From: a bacterium
Lineage (GTDB): Bacteria > UBA8248
Assembly (NCBI GenBank): GCA_965203325.1
Contig: OZ241875.1
Location: forward strand, 2,560,001 to 2,624,000
Reading direction: 5' to 3'
DNA length: 64,000 bases
The notes beneath the pieces were generated by a model that saw nothing but the letters and a program-made list of their open reading frames with translations, searched no databases and was not told where the DNA came from. Shown here piece by piece: positions 11,325-20,602 of the stretch. Each line of letters opens with the position of its first letter. Position 1 is the first letter of the stretch. Made by a program: the position numbers and the translations under genes.

Positions 11325-12188
11325 ATGACGACCCATGATGAAGGTATACAAGCGAAACTCGACGCAGCGCGTCGCACATTAGATGTTCTACGCGCCGAGG
11401 TTCGGACGTTTGCCCAAACACAGCGCGATAAAGTAGAGGTGATCCAAACTGGAGAGAAGTCCTGGAGTCCTAGACTTACGGATAAATTCGATGCGCCTCC
11501 GACAAAATGGTCCATCTTGATAGGAGAGATAGCTTATCATCTCAGATCGTTGCTTGATCATTTGGTTTATAAACTTGTTTGTGAAAACGGTGGAAATCCG
11601 ACCAAACAAAACGAATTCCCCATCGTTTGGGAAATAGACAAAGTTATCCATAAAGTAATCTATTCAGAAAAAGGTTCTGAATACGTGAAGAAAGGACGTG
11701 AATATATAGACAAGAAAGCACTTAAAGGGGTCGATGAACAGAAAAAGGCCAAAATTTTATTGAACCAGGGGTTTATCGCTCATGTAGGTGAGTATGGTTC
11801 CTACGATCTCAACGCCAATCCATTTGAGTTTAGTCATTTGGCATACCTTTGTAATGTGGATAAACACAGACATTTAGTTTCGGTTGAACCCAAACTAGGT
11901 GGTCTTACAGACGATTATCGTGTCCGTCAGGATGAGACTATAAAAAAGGGTGAACTTCCACCAAGGCTTTGCAACACTGATTTCGAAATAGATGTCTGCT
12001 TTCGTTTTGAACAAGACGATGATCGACCATCCGATTTGGCCGGGTCGGTTGACGATGTTCTGACGGATATCATTTTGGCTGTTGAACATACGATTTGCTA
12101 CATATCGGGTAGTTCATCTCGGCCGTTCGCCGATCTTGCCAACGACGAAAAATATCAACTGCGCCGCAGAGACCAGATAATGCCGTAG
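11325..12188 (+). CDS. Hypothetical protein, possibly HEPN-like
   Basis: Long AT-rich ORF; HLRSLLDHL and CNVDKHR motifs resemble a degenerate HEPN RxxxxH. Confidence 0.5.
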   Translation: MTTHDEGIQAKLDAARRTLDVLRAEVRTFAQTQRDKVEVIQTGEKSWSPRLTDKFDAPPTKWSILIGEIAYHLRSLLDHLVYKLVCENGGNPTKQNEFPIVWEIDKVIHKVIYSEKGSEYVKKGREYIDKKALKGVDEQKKAKILLNQGFIAHVGEYGSYDLNANPFEFSHLAYLCNVDKHRHLVSVEPKLGGLTDDYRVRQDETIKKGELPPRLCNTDFEIDVCFRFEQDDDRPSDLAGSVDDVLTDIILAVEHTICYISGSSSRPFADLANDEKYQLRRRDQIMP

Positions 12189-12753
12189 TGATACTGAAAA
12201 CTGTTGTCAGATATTGCGGTAGGGTCCTCAAGCGATGAATGAAAGGAAATGGCTGGAGGAATCTCGTGAACATGACGGGCCTTGATAATCATTTTAGAAA
12301 CCAGGCAAAAACGGACCGGAATTTCAATGATTTTTTCATGGGCCCGGGATCTTGTTTCCCTGCGCCACGCGACTCTTGGTTTCGAGTTCACGCATTGTCG
12401 TCCGCAGAGTTCGATCGATTGGACTATTCAAGCTCCGGTTTCGCTGTTTTTTGCTGGCATTTGCGGCGCAACTTCGATGTTACGGCTGATTTCGCGCCCA
12501 AGTTCGGCCCTCTTGAGTCGAGGGCTATGGCAATGTTTGACGCCTAGGCCATATCCCGGGAGCGGAGGAGGAATCGTGTGTGGGTCTTGGCGGCGGACAT
12601 TCCTTTGACGTTGTGCAGGTCGTTGCGATCATTGTAGCATGTGGTGGCAGGAGGTGCAGACTAAATTTGTAATCTTGCGGGTGTGCCCTTCCGTGACACG
12701 CGGAATCCTGGATTGGCGGGATAATCTCAGGTTGTCCGTTCTCTTCCCGAGAG

Positions 12754-13200
12754 GTGAGTGAGATGAAGAACGTTCTTGATGACGTGACCGACGAAAAGGT
12801 CGACGCCCAGCATATCAGTCGGCGGGTCAACGACTGGATACAGCGCGTGAAGAACCTCTACACCGAAATTGGCGAGTGGCTGCCGGACGGCTGGACCGCG
12901 CAGGAGGGAGAGTCGGTGTGCATGCACGAAGAAATGATGCGCAGGTTCAATGTGGCGTCAAGGCAGATTCCAACGCTCCTGCTCGTCAATGGTTCGGGGA
13001 ACAGCGCACGGCTCGAACCGCGCGGACTTTGGATCATCGGCGCGAATGGCCGGATTGATATGAAGTTTGGGAGCCGTCACTACCTCATCGTTGACGTGGC
13101 CGGCAGTTTTGAAACGCCGGATTGGCAGGTTTCGGACGCCGAACTGCGGCTCGACCGGGAAGCCCTGACGGAAAGCTGGCTCAAGCGGACACTATCGTGA
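12754..13200 (+). CDS. Hypothetical protein translationally coupled to the HEPN gene
   Basis: 148-aa ORF with a GAGG RBS-like sequence; its TGA overlaps the GTG start of the next gene. Confidence 0.65.
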   Translation: MSEMKNVLDDVTDEKVDAQHISRRVNDWIQRVKNLYTEIGEWLPDGWTAQEGESVCMHEEMMRRFNVASRQIPTLLLVNGSGNSARLEPRGLWIIGANGRIDMKFGSRHYLIVDVAGSFETPDWQVSDAELRLDREALTESWLKRTLS

Positions 13201-13658
13201 AAGACCTTGAGGCCATCGCCGCAGTGTATGAGCAAATAGACAATTTTCTGGAAAGCTGCCGGGATACGGCAGGTGGGACTGGCGAGCGTGACGAGCAAAT
13301 CGCGCTAAAGCAACGAATCAACGATCAGGCGTATTTCGTGCTGGCCTGGGGACAACTCGAGGCGGAAATAGAGGAGGCATGTCGGCAGGCAATTCGCCGT
13401 GGGCAGGAACACGGAGACTGGAAGTACCGTCGGGCGTGGTCGCTATACAACCCAGAAGACCGAAGGCTGTCGGGTTTGAGTTTAGAGGACCGATTGACGC
13501 TAGTCCTCGAAAAAGGCACGGAGTACTGGAAACAGGCGATGCAACATTATAATGTTCGTAACCAGATCGCTCATGGTGCTCTGCGGTCGGAAAGAATCGA
13601 CGTATCGAGTATCATCCAGGACTTCTATCGCATTCAATCATCACTGACACGTTCGTAA
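13197..13658 (+). CDS. HEPN-domain protein (putative RNase toxin)
   Basis: Helical protein with AYFVLAWGQLE and the canonical RxxxxH motif RNQIAH; GTGA overlap start. Confidence 0.75.
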   Translation: MKDLEAIAAVYEQIDNFLESCRDTAGGTGERDEQIALKQRINDQAYFVLAWGQLEAEIEEACRQAIRRGQEHGDWKYRRAWSLYNPEDRRLSGLSLEDRLTLVLEKGTEYWKQAMQHYNVRNQIAHGALRSERIDVSSIIQDFYRIQSSLTRS

Positions 13659-13801
13659 CTTTCTATTTTGACCGATTTTGCCTTGAAAAGTTCATCCTTT
13701 TTCGTCTCGAACCCGAACTTTTAAAGTTGTCTTTTCATCGACTACATCACCATTCTAATCTGAAACTTACCCGCATCACCCGCAAAAATTTTGAAGCCAA
13801 C

Positions 13802-14107
13802 TCAATCCCGCCCCGATTTGCCCGGCAATTCCGGCGCGACCTCGGAGATATTTTTGCTGATTTGCTCGATCTCTGCCTCGCGTCCAGCCCTCTCCATGTC
13901 GCGAATGATGGCCTGCGCGGTGAACATGGTTGAGCGCAACAAGTGGATTTCCGCTTCGGTTCGGGGCCATTCGCGGCGCTCCAAGGCTTCCATCACGAAC
14001 TCTACCACCAGTCGGTTGGGCGACATTTCGCGCTTTTCGGCCTCATTTTCAATTCGTTTCCACTGTTCGGGCGTGACTCTGATGTTCTTCTGTATCGTCT
14101 GAACCAT
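13802..14107 (-). CDS. Ribbon-helix-helix DNA-binding protein (relaxosome accessory-like)
   Basis: IQKNIRVTPEQWKRIENEAEKREMSPNRLV fits a beta-helix-helix pattern; AAAGGAG RBS upstream of ATG 14107. Confidence 0.6.
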   Translation of the reverse strand: MVQTIQKNIRVTPEQWKRIENEAEKREMSPNRLVVEFVMEALERREWPRTEAEIHLLRSTMFTAQAIIRDMERAGREAEIEQISKNISEVAPELPGKSGRD

Positions 14108-14237
14108 CCGTTTCACCGCTCCTTTCGTGAAGATTTTCAGCCGTTCCGGTCGCAAAACGACCGCAAAATTCTCATTTCCTGCACCAAACACACCCGTATC
14201 GAGCCCAAAAACCATGCCCATGACGTCGTTTCATGAA

Positions 14238-14395
14238 CTACCATATTGGTAGCTATCATAACGCAGCGCGTGCCCGTGTACTACCAATCTGGTATCCCGC
14301 AGGAAGTCCCCGTATTACATCGTATTACAATGAGCATGCGCCCTTTTTAAGTGCAGAAATTTCAAAGAGATAGCGTAATACCAGATTGGTATTAC
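14238..14395. promoter_or_regulatory. Three TACCA-N3-TGGTA palindromes; candidate oriT or RHH operator region
   Basis: Palindromes at 14238-14252, 14282-14294 and 14375-14395; CGTATTACA direct repeat at 14311-14329; TATCCCGC at 14293-14300. Confidence 0.45.
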
Positions 14396-14785
14396 TTGTT
14401 TCGGCATGACAGAAGCCCGCGGGGGGATGAACTATAAAAGCAGGGAGCAGGAGATCGCAGTCATTCGCAGCCCACGCGACACCAGCATCAGCGATGCGTC
14501 CGGTGTGAAACCCGAAGCGCCGAAGGGCGTCAGATTGCCGGATTCGTGAGAACGAGAGATGGGGGAACTTGCGCCGGAGAGAATGGCGAGCGGAAGCCGC
14601 CGTGGCACTTGAGCGGACAGAGCGAGGGGCAAGAGGGATTAGAGTGCTGAACCTTGCGCCTGGATTCACGAGCGGCAGGCGAACAGGGCGCTGCAGCTCG
14701 CGCTTTTAATCACAAGCAGACGAACGACACGGGAAGCAACGGGCCGCGCCGCCGGGGTGGCGACGCGACCCGTTGAGCGTTCACG

Positions 14786-15745
14786 TCAGGCGGCGATTCT
14801 CTTCACGGGGATGCCCAGGGTGCGGGCCTTGTCGACGAGGTTATCGGTGATGCCCGAACCCGGGAACGCGATCACGCCCTTGGGGAGGAGTGAGAGCAGC
14901 TCGTCGTTGCGGCGGAAGGGAGCCGCCCTGCCGTGGGCGTCCCAGTCGGGCTTGCAGACGATCTGGTGGACGCCGTTCCGCTCGGCCCATCCCGCCGCGA
15001 CCTTCTCCGCGCCGGGGCCGCCGCCGTGGACGAGGACGACGTCGGCGTACTTGGCTTTCAGCTTGTCGAGCTGGCCGATGATCTTGCCGGCGTCGGTGGC
15101 TTCCTTGCCTCCCGCGACGGCGACGAGGGTTCCCTGGGGGAGGTGGGCCGTGTTCTCGCGGTCCTTTTTCGCGCGCTGGAAGTCACGCGCCTCGATCACC
15201 GCCGACGTGAGCTTGCCGGTCTGCGAGACGTGCGAGCCTCGCCTCGGACGCCAGACCTCGCCGGTCTCGACGCGGTAGGCCTCTGCGGCCGTGTCGCGCA
15301 GCCCCTCGAAGGCGTCGCGGCGGGCGGTGAGATTCTCGGCGCGGTCGGTGGCGAGTTCGAGTTCGCGGGAGCGGATCTCCGATCCGTCCTGCTCGCGCTG
15401 GAGTTCACGGATGCCGGGGATGAGCTTGTCGGCGGCGCGGTCGAGCCGCTGTGTCTGGGCGTCGAGGGTGTTGACGAAGCCCCAGAGGAGGTTTCTTCGC
15501 TCGTCGGCCAGCTGCGTGCCGTCGGGTGCTGCCTCGGCGAGCAGGTGGAATGCCTTGAGGACGGCGGCGGTGGACTCCGCCTCGCCCCAGACGGGCCGGT
15601 TGTCGAACTCGTCCGGTCCCGGGGTCGCGCCGAAAAGCTGGGCCTGTTCGCAGACCATGGCGGTGAAGGATTCGTTCTGCGCTTCGATGTTGTCGACCTC
15701 GTGCATGATCATCTCCTTGTGGTCGTGTGTCGCGGTGGCAGTCAT
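14786..15745 (-). CDS. DUF2493 / SLOG-family (YspA-like) protein of conjugative elements
   Basis: C-terminal VAVAGG...VLVHGGGPGAE...PDWDAHGRAAPFRRN...IAFPGSG; AAGGAG RBS. Confidence 0.85.
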   Translation of the reverse strand: MTATATHDHKEMIMHEVDNIEAQNESFTAMVCEQAQLFGATPGPDEFDNRPVWGEAESTAAVLKAFHLLAEAAPDGTQLADERRNLLWGFVNTLDAQTQRLDRAADKLIPGIRELQREQDGSEIRSRELELATDRAENLTARRDAFEGLRDTAAEAYRVETGEVWRPRRGSHVSQTGKLTSAVIEARDFQRAKKDRENTAHLPQGTLVAVAGGKEATDAGKIIGQLDKLKAKYADVVLVHGGGPGAEKVAAGWAERNGVHQIVCKPDWDAHGRAAPFRRNDELLSLLPKGVIAFPGSGITDNLVDKARTLGIPVKRIAA

Positions 15746-15766
15746 CGTTCACTCCTTTCGTTGCCC

Positions 15767-16141
15767 TCAAGCGAGGGGATGGTTGAATTCGGGAAGAGCG
15801 TAGCCACGCTCGTTGCGCCCCACTTCTTTCGGCATCTCGTCGAGATACCCGGCGGCCCACTCGGCGGCGCGCGCGAGGACGTCGCCGTGACACGGGAGGG
15901 GATGGCAGTGGCAGCCGAGTTCGCAGCCTTGCAGGTCGGCGAGTTCGTAGAGGTCCTGCTCCTCGCGCCGGATTCTTTCCCAGAGCCATCGCCGGTATTT
16001 TTCGATCACCTCGTCGCGCTCGCCGTCCTGGCCGATGCGGAAGGGGTTTCCCCACTTCGTCCTGCGGTCGATCCTGACCAGCAAGCCGCCGCCGAACTGG
16101 GGAGCAACGTAGTCGTTCAGGTTCACCACGGTGGTTTCCAT
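15767..16141 (-). CDS. DUF4326-domain protein
   Basis: IDRRTKWGNPF...LGCHCHPLPCHGDVL signature; AAGGAG RBS. Confidence 0.85.
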   Translation of the reverse strand: METTVVNLNDYVAPQFGGGLLVRIDRRTKWGNPFRIGQDGERDEVIEKYRRWLWERIRREEQDLYELADLQGCELGCHCHPLPCHGDVLARAAEWAAGYLDEMPKEVGRNERGYALPEFNHPLA

Positions 16142-16176
16142 GCCTTTCTCCTTTCCAGAGAGTTAACGGATGCGCT

Positions 16177-16372
16177 TCTTAGCGCCCCATTTTCAGCACG
16201 TAAGGGCATCGGGTTTTCGATGCCCGTAGGCGAGCGAATCAAGGGCTTGTCATTTTCCGGGGGGTTCCCGAAAAACACGGTTCATCGTTTTTTGGGGGGC
16301 ACCGGCAAATGATGGCCGCTTGCGGCCACCCTTTATTCGCTCGGCGTTCGTGCTAAAATGAGGACGCTAAGA
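16177..16372. promoter_or_regulatory. Long imperfect stem-loop upstream of DUF4326; Frpo/ssi-like single-strand promoter candidate
   Basis: Nested arm pairs TCTTAGCG..CATTTT.AGCACG / CGTGCT.AAAATG..CGCTAAGA, CGAGCGAAT.AAGGG / CCCTT.ATTCGCTCG and TCATTT.CCGG / CCGG.AAATGA. Confidence 0.55.
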
Positions 16373-16751
16373 GAGAGAGGGTAGTACCGCCACCGGGACA
16401 CAAGAGCCTCTGGTGTTTCACGATGAAGGCGAAGCTCATCGGGAAACAATCTCTCATGCTGCGGAAAGGGTCATTTCGGGCCGTCTTTTCCGGCCCGAAA
16501 TTCCGCAGCGGGGGGTGGACCGAGCCACTATCCAGGGGATGCGGTGATTGCAGGAGCATGCCGATCTTCCGGGAACACGGTTCATCGTTCACGGAACCGG
16601 AGATTTACCGGGTGTTCCCGGTAGAGGAGAGAGTCGGCAGGGCGGGAAAAGGCGTGAGAGACAGGAGAGGATGTTCGGGGCATAGCGGACTTCCTCGAGA
16701 TCCGGAGCAAAATGAAAGGGCTGACGCCGAAGCGCCAGCCCCTTGAAGCGC

Positions 16752-17204
16752 TCAAAATGGAATTTCTTCGCCCACAACGCCGGCGGGCACCGCCACGTCC
16801 GCCGTCTCGGCGTGCGCGCCGTTTCCGTTACCGTTGCCATTGCCGTTCCCGTTCGCCTTGTCGAGGAACTGGACGCGCCCGCCCGGGGCGATGAGGATCT
16901 CGGTCGAGAAGCGATCCGAGTCTTCCCCGTCCTTCTTCCAGCGGCGGGTCTGGAGCTTGCCCGCGACGTAGATCAGGCGGCCCTTCTTCGCGTGCTTTTC
17001 GAACATATCCACCAGCCCGGGCTGGAAGGTGACGACCCGGTGCCACTCGGTCTTGTCCACCCGCTCGCCGGACTGCTTATCGATGTAGCCCTCATCCGTC
17101 GCGATGGACAGGTTCGCGACGCGCCCCCCGCTCGTGAGATGGTTGATGGTGACGTCGGCGCCGAGACGCCCGATCAGTTCCGCTCTGTTGAGTCCGAATG
17201 CCAT
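16752..17204 (-). CDS. ssb: Single-stranded DNA-binding protein
   Basis: LNRAELIGRLGAD...TEWHRVV...GKLQTRRW; acidic C-terminus EEIPF; GN-repeat linker. Confidence 0.95.
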   Translation of the reverse strand: MAFGLNRAELIGRLGADVTINHLTSGGRVANLSIATDEGYIDKQSGERVDKTEWHRVVTFQPGLVDMFEKHAKKGRLIYVAGKLQTRRWKKDGEDSDRFSTEILIAPGGRVQFLDKANGNGNGNGNGNGAHAETADVAVPAGVVGEEIPF

Positions 17205-17281
17205 GATAATTCTCCTTCGTGGTGTGAGTGTGAAAAAGTGTTGGGAGGGAGAGAGCCTCTCTCTCCACCCCCCGGTTCGCC

Positions 17282-17428
17282 CTACACGCTACAAAACTCC
17301 TCCTCGCCCCCCGTCTCCGGGTGGAGCGCCTCGGCGCGCAGCTTGCGGATCGTGTACGCGTCGAGTCCGAGTTCTGCGAGCAGTTCGTCCGTGGTGGGAA
17401 CATCGACGTCGTAGTCGTTCTCGTACAT
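17282..17428 (-). CDS. Small acidic protein (48 aa), not in the ORF track
   Basis: MYENDYDVDVPTTDELLAELGLDAYTIRKLRAEALHPETGGEEEFCSV; GAGGAGG RBS; co-oriented with ssb. Confidence 0.55.
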   Translation of the reverse strand: MYENDYDVDVPTTDELLAELGLDAYTIRKLRAEALHPETGGEEEFCSV

Positions 17429-18122
17429 GGCCAAGCCTCCTCTGGGGTTGTCCCCGGCGGCGGGAGTTGGAGACCGTCTCCCTCTCCCCTGCCGGGCCTT
17501 TGCCCGGCTCCCCGCTTCGCTCCACCTCTGCCAGGGGGATCACGTCGGGTGAGGACCGCCCACAGAGCGTGAGCGGCCTCCGTCCCGACCGGGTAGTCCC
17601 GGAGGCGGAACGGGAGCGGGAACCAGGCGAGCACGCCCCTGGTACGGGGTTCGGATGGATGAGGGATGGGCGAACGGAGACGTATCGAGTGGGGTGGGAT
17701 CGGGGCGGCGGCGTTCCTGTCACCGCCGGTGAGGTTTATCGTCGGTGATCTCGTGCCGCAGACCGGGGTGTCGGTGTTGATGCTGCCGGAGCCGGCTGCC
17801 GGGTTAGCTCCGCGCCGCCTGGCGGGTCGGGATTGTGCTCGGCGCCTTCGTCACCGGCGGCAGGACTGCTCTGCCAGGTTGCGCCCGCCCCGTGTGGTCG
17901 TATCCGGACTCGCGGCCAGGCCCCCGCCCGCCGTCCTGCGCGGCGCGCCGGGGTCCGGTTGGCGGCGCAGCGGGGTGGCAATCTCTCCGCCCCCGGCGGG
18001 AAGGAACCCGGCCGGCTTCCGGCCGGCTGCGCAGCAGGGCGGTGTCAAGCCCTCCCTCCCCGGTCGGGTCCGACTCCCGCCGACGGTTGGCCGGCTGCAC
18101 GTGCAGGCGCGGCCGCCGAGGC

Positions 18123-18932
18123 TCACCCCCAGGCAGCGAGGCTGGACATGACGGGCTCATCCACCACGATCTCGACCTGATCCCGGGAGAGCTTCTCGAA
18201 GGCGAGGCACATGGCGACCTCCTCCCATGAGTCGAGAGGTCCGTGCTCCTCTCCCGTGGCGAGTTCTATCACGGTGTAGCGCGGCGGGTAGACGGGCAGG
18301 CCCTTGTGCTCTCCCGATGAGTGATACGATCGGCGCGCGCAGGGAGTACATCTCACCCCTGCATCCGCATGGGCGCCGCAGTCCACGCAAAGCGACCGTG
18401 CCCGCCTGTCGTGATAGCGTTTCCTGCTCGCGGCGTTCTTGCGCGGACGGCGTTTATCTTCTTTTGCGGCGCACGAAGCGCACGTCGAAGCCTCATCGAC
18501 GACTTCCGCACCGCACCTGCCGCAAAGCCCTTTCGCTCTCCTGGCGGCGTAGAGCTTCCGTTCTTCAGCGCGCCTCGCCTCCCGGCAGGGTTCGCAGACG
18601 GCGCCAGCCTCGACGGGCTCGCGTCCGCAGCGCGGGCACAAGCCGGCCTCCACCCGCTCGCGCCTGCGCTTCCTCGCCCTCTCGCGCGCCATGCGGCGGC
18701 GGCTCTCGGGGCAGCGGCCGCCATATGGGGCTCCCCCCGCTCGGGCTTCGGCGTATCGGGCGCGTCGGGTCTCCCGGTCCCTCTCGAGGCAGGGTTCGCA
18801 CAGACTGCGCCCCGGCGCGGGAGGAATCTTTCCGCACCGGGGGCACATGCCCCGCGCGCGTCGGTCGGCGGTGCGTTTGCGGTGGCGCTCGCGCTCATAC
18901 GCGCGGGCCTTTTCCAGGTCCTTGTAGGGCAT
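18123..18932 (-). CDS. Basic protein with tandem CxxCG...CxxC zinc-ribbon repeats
   Basis: GGAGG RBS before ATG 18932; four units of an Arg-rich helix followed by CxxCG-x8-10-CxxC. Confidence 0.7.
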   Translation of the reverse strand: MPYKDLEKARAYERERHRKRTADRRARGMCPRCGKIPPAPGRSLCEPCLERDRETRRARYAEARAGGAPYGGRCPESRRRMARERARKRRRERVEAGLCPRCGREPVEAGAVCEPCREARRAEERKLYAARRAKGLCGRCGAEVVDEASTCASCAAKEDKRRPRKNAASRKRYHDRRARSLCVDCGAHADAGVRCTPCARRSYHSSGEHKGLPVYPPRYTVIELATGEEHGPLDSWEEVAMCLAFEKLSRDQVEIVVDEPVMSSLAAWG

Positions 18933-19026
18933 CCCGCCTCCCTCCCCGGGGTGGATGGAATCCGTGCGGCCGGCGCCTGGCCGGCAAGACGTCTTGCGGG
19001 CGGAAGTCCTCCCCGGGGGGACTTCC

Positions 19027-19323
19027 TCACCGGGTGAGCATCCGGGCCCACACGAGGTGCTCGCCCCACAGCTGCAGGCCGCTGCCGGGGACCCGGATCC
19101 CCGTGCAGACGATGAGTTCGTCCCGTGCGGGACGCATCTCGCGTACGGCTTTCCGCGAGGCCGTAGCTCTCTTCTTCTTGCGCCTCCCGCTCTCCCTGTC
19201 GGGCACGGGCCTGATGTCGCCATCGGCGGACTTGTAGCGTTTCACTTCGTAGCGCTCGTCCTCGAGGCCTCGGCCGAACAGGTGGGTGAGGAAAGTACTC
19301 GCTTCGGGTCCGGGTTTCCGCAT
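19027..19323 (-). CDS. Hypothetical basic protein
   Basis: AAGGAGG RBS; co-oriented with neighbouring genes. Confidence 0.4.
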   Translation of the reverse strand: MRKPGPEASTFLTHLFGRGLEDERYEVKRYKSADGDIRPVPDRESGRRKKKRATASRKAVREMRPARDELIVCTGIRVPGSGLQLWGEHLVWARMLTR

Positions 19324-19512
19324 CGCGCGCCTCCTTGGGTGGGTGGATGATGGCGGCGGAGGCGAGCCTCGAACGCGAGAAGACTCCCTCCCGGCTCCCC
19401 TTCGCCGCCCCCTCCCGGCCGGACTCCGCCTCCCGGTGGCGCAGAGCCACCACCGGCGGGAAAGACGGCGGTCCGTTCGTTCAGGGTGGTCTTCGTTCGG
19501 TTTGGGGGCCTT

Positions 19513-19854
19513 CTAGGGGAAGGGGATGTCCGGGTCCTGGCCGAACAGCTCTTGTTCCTCCAGTTCGCGGCGCCAGGCGTAGCGTCCCGTCCGGGCGGAC
19601 CACTCGAAGTCCTCTTCTTTCCCGTCGGGCAGTTCGTAGCGAGCGAAGGCGGACCAGTCCCCGTGGCGGAACCCCCGCCACAGGGCGCAGGAGAGAGCCG
19701 TGAGGAGGCACCAGAGGGCCGCACAGGCCCAGACGGCCCCCAGGGGGCGGAGGCCGATGCCTGCCGTGAGAGAGAGGATTGTGTCGAGGAGGGCCAGGCC
19801 AAGTCCCGCGAGTACGAGGACCCTCGCGCGGCGGGACGGTTTCCGGTTACTCAT
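19513..19854 (-). CDS. Small membrane protein (two TM segments)
   Basis: GGAGG RBS; two hydrophobic segments then an acidic tail. Confidence 0.6.
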   Translation of the reverse strand: MSNRKPSRRARVLVLAGLGLALLDTILSLTAGIGLRPLGAVWACAALWCLLTALSCALWRGFRHGDWSAFARYELPDGKEEDFEWSARTGRYAWRRELEEQELFGQDPDIPFP

Positions 19855-20479
19855 GGGTCGCGCCTCCGGTGTTGCGGGTGAGAGGAATGCGGGGGCGCCC
19901 GGCCTCTCCGGCCCGGCTACCGCGCCCCCTCACGGCCAGGCTCCGCCTCTCGCCGGCGCGGGGCCTGGGGGAGGCGCGCGATGAACGCCCCGGCGCCCGG
20001 GCGCTGGAAACCGGATATCGAAAACCCTTGCAAACGGGCGGTTTTTCAGTTTATTTCCGTGCGGTGCGGACTACCGTATGCACCCGGGATGAGCAAACGG
20101 GACGAAAGGGGAGACGCGCATGGAGAAGAACGCCGGAAGTGGTTCGATCATGCCCCAGGCGGAGCGCCGGAGTATTGCCGCGATCAGGCTGTCCGGGCCG
20201 GCCGGAAGAGGGTGATGGCGCAATGATCCGGCAGGCACGCCCCGGGATGCGCAGGGGTTTGATTCCCCTCGTTTTCGTTATGATTGCTTTCTGCGGAAGG
20301 TGGATTCCGGACGAGACCCGGGGGAAACGAATGCTTCTCGATGATATCAACGGGATCAGGAGATTTTACAGCCGCCGGAAACCCCCCACCGTCTCTAAAC
20401 ACGCGGAAGAGCGGGATGTATACCCCCTCCTGCCCGGCTCCTCGAACGGGGAAAGCGCACCGGAGATACCGGGCATATG

Positions 20480-20601
20480 AGCGAAGCGGGGCCGCCCGTT
20501 GTTCCCCCTCCCGGCCCGAGGACTCGAAAATCCGGCAAAAGGAGTGGTACGGCTTGCCCTCTCACGAGGGAAGCAACCAACGGGCAGCCCCCTTTTTCGC
20601 T
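20480..20601 (-). ncRNA. Conserved ~120-nt structured element, copy 1 (3' of lipoprotein 1)
   Basis: Closing stem GGGGCCGCCCGTTG / CAACGGGCAGCCCC; aligns with the copy at 22921-23039. Confidence 0.5.
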
Positions 20602-20602
20602 G

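Noticed and set aside
16818..16856. Hexamer repeat encoding (GN)n in ssb as a phase-variation tract
   Set aside because: In-frame, synonymously degenerate and located in the normally low-complexity SSB linker.
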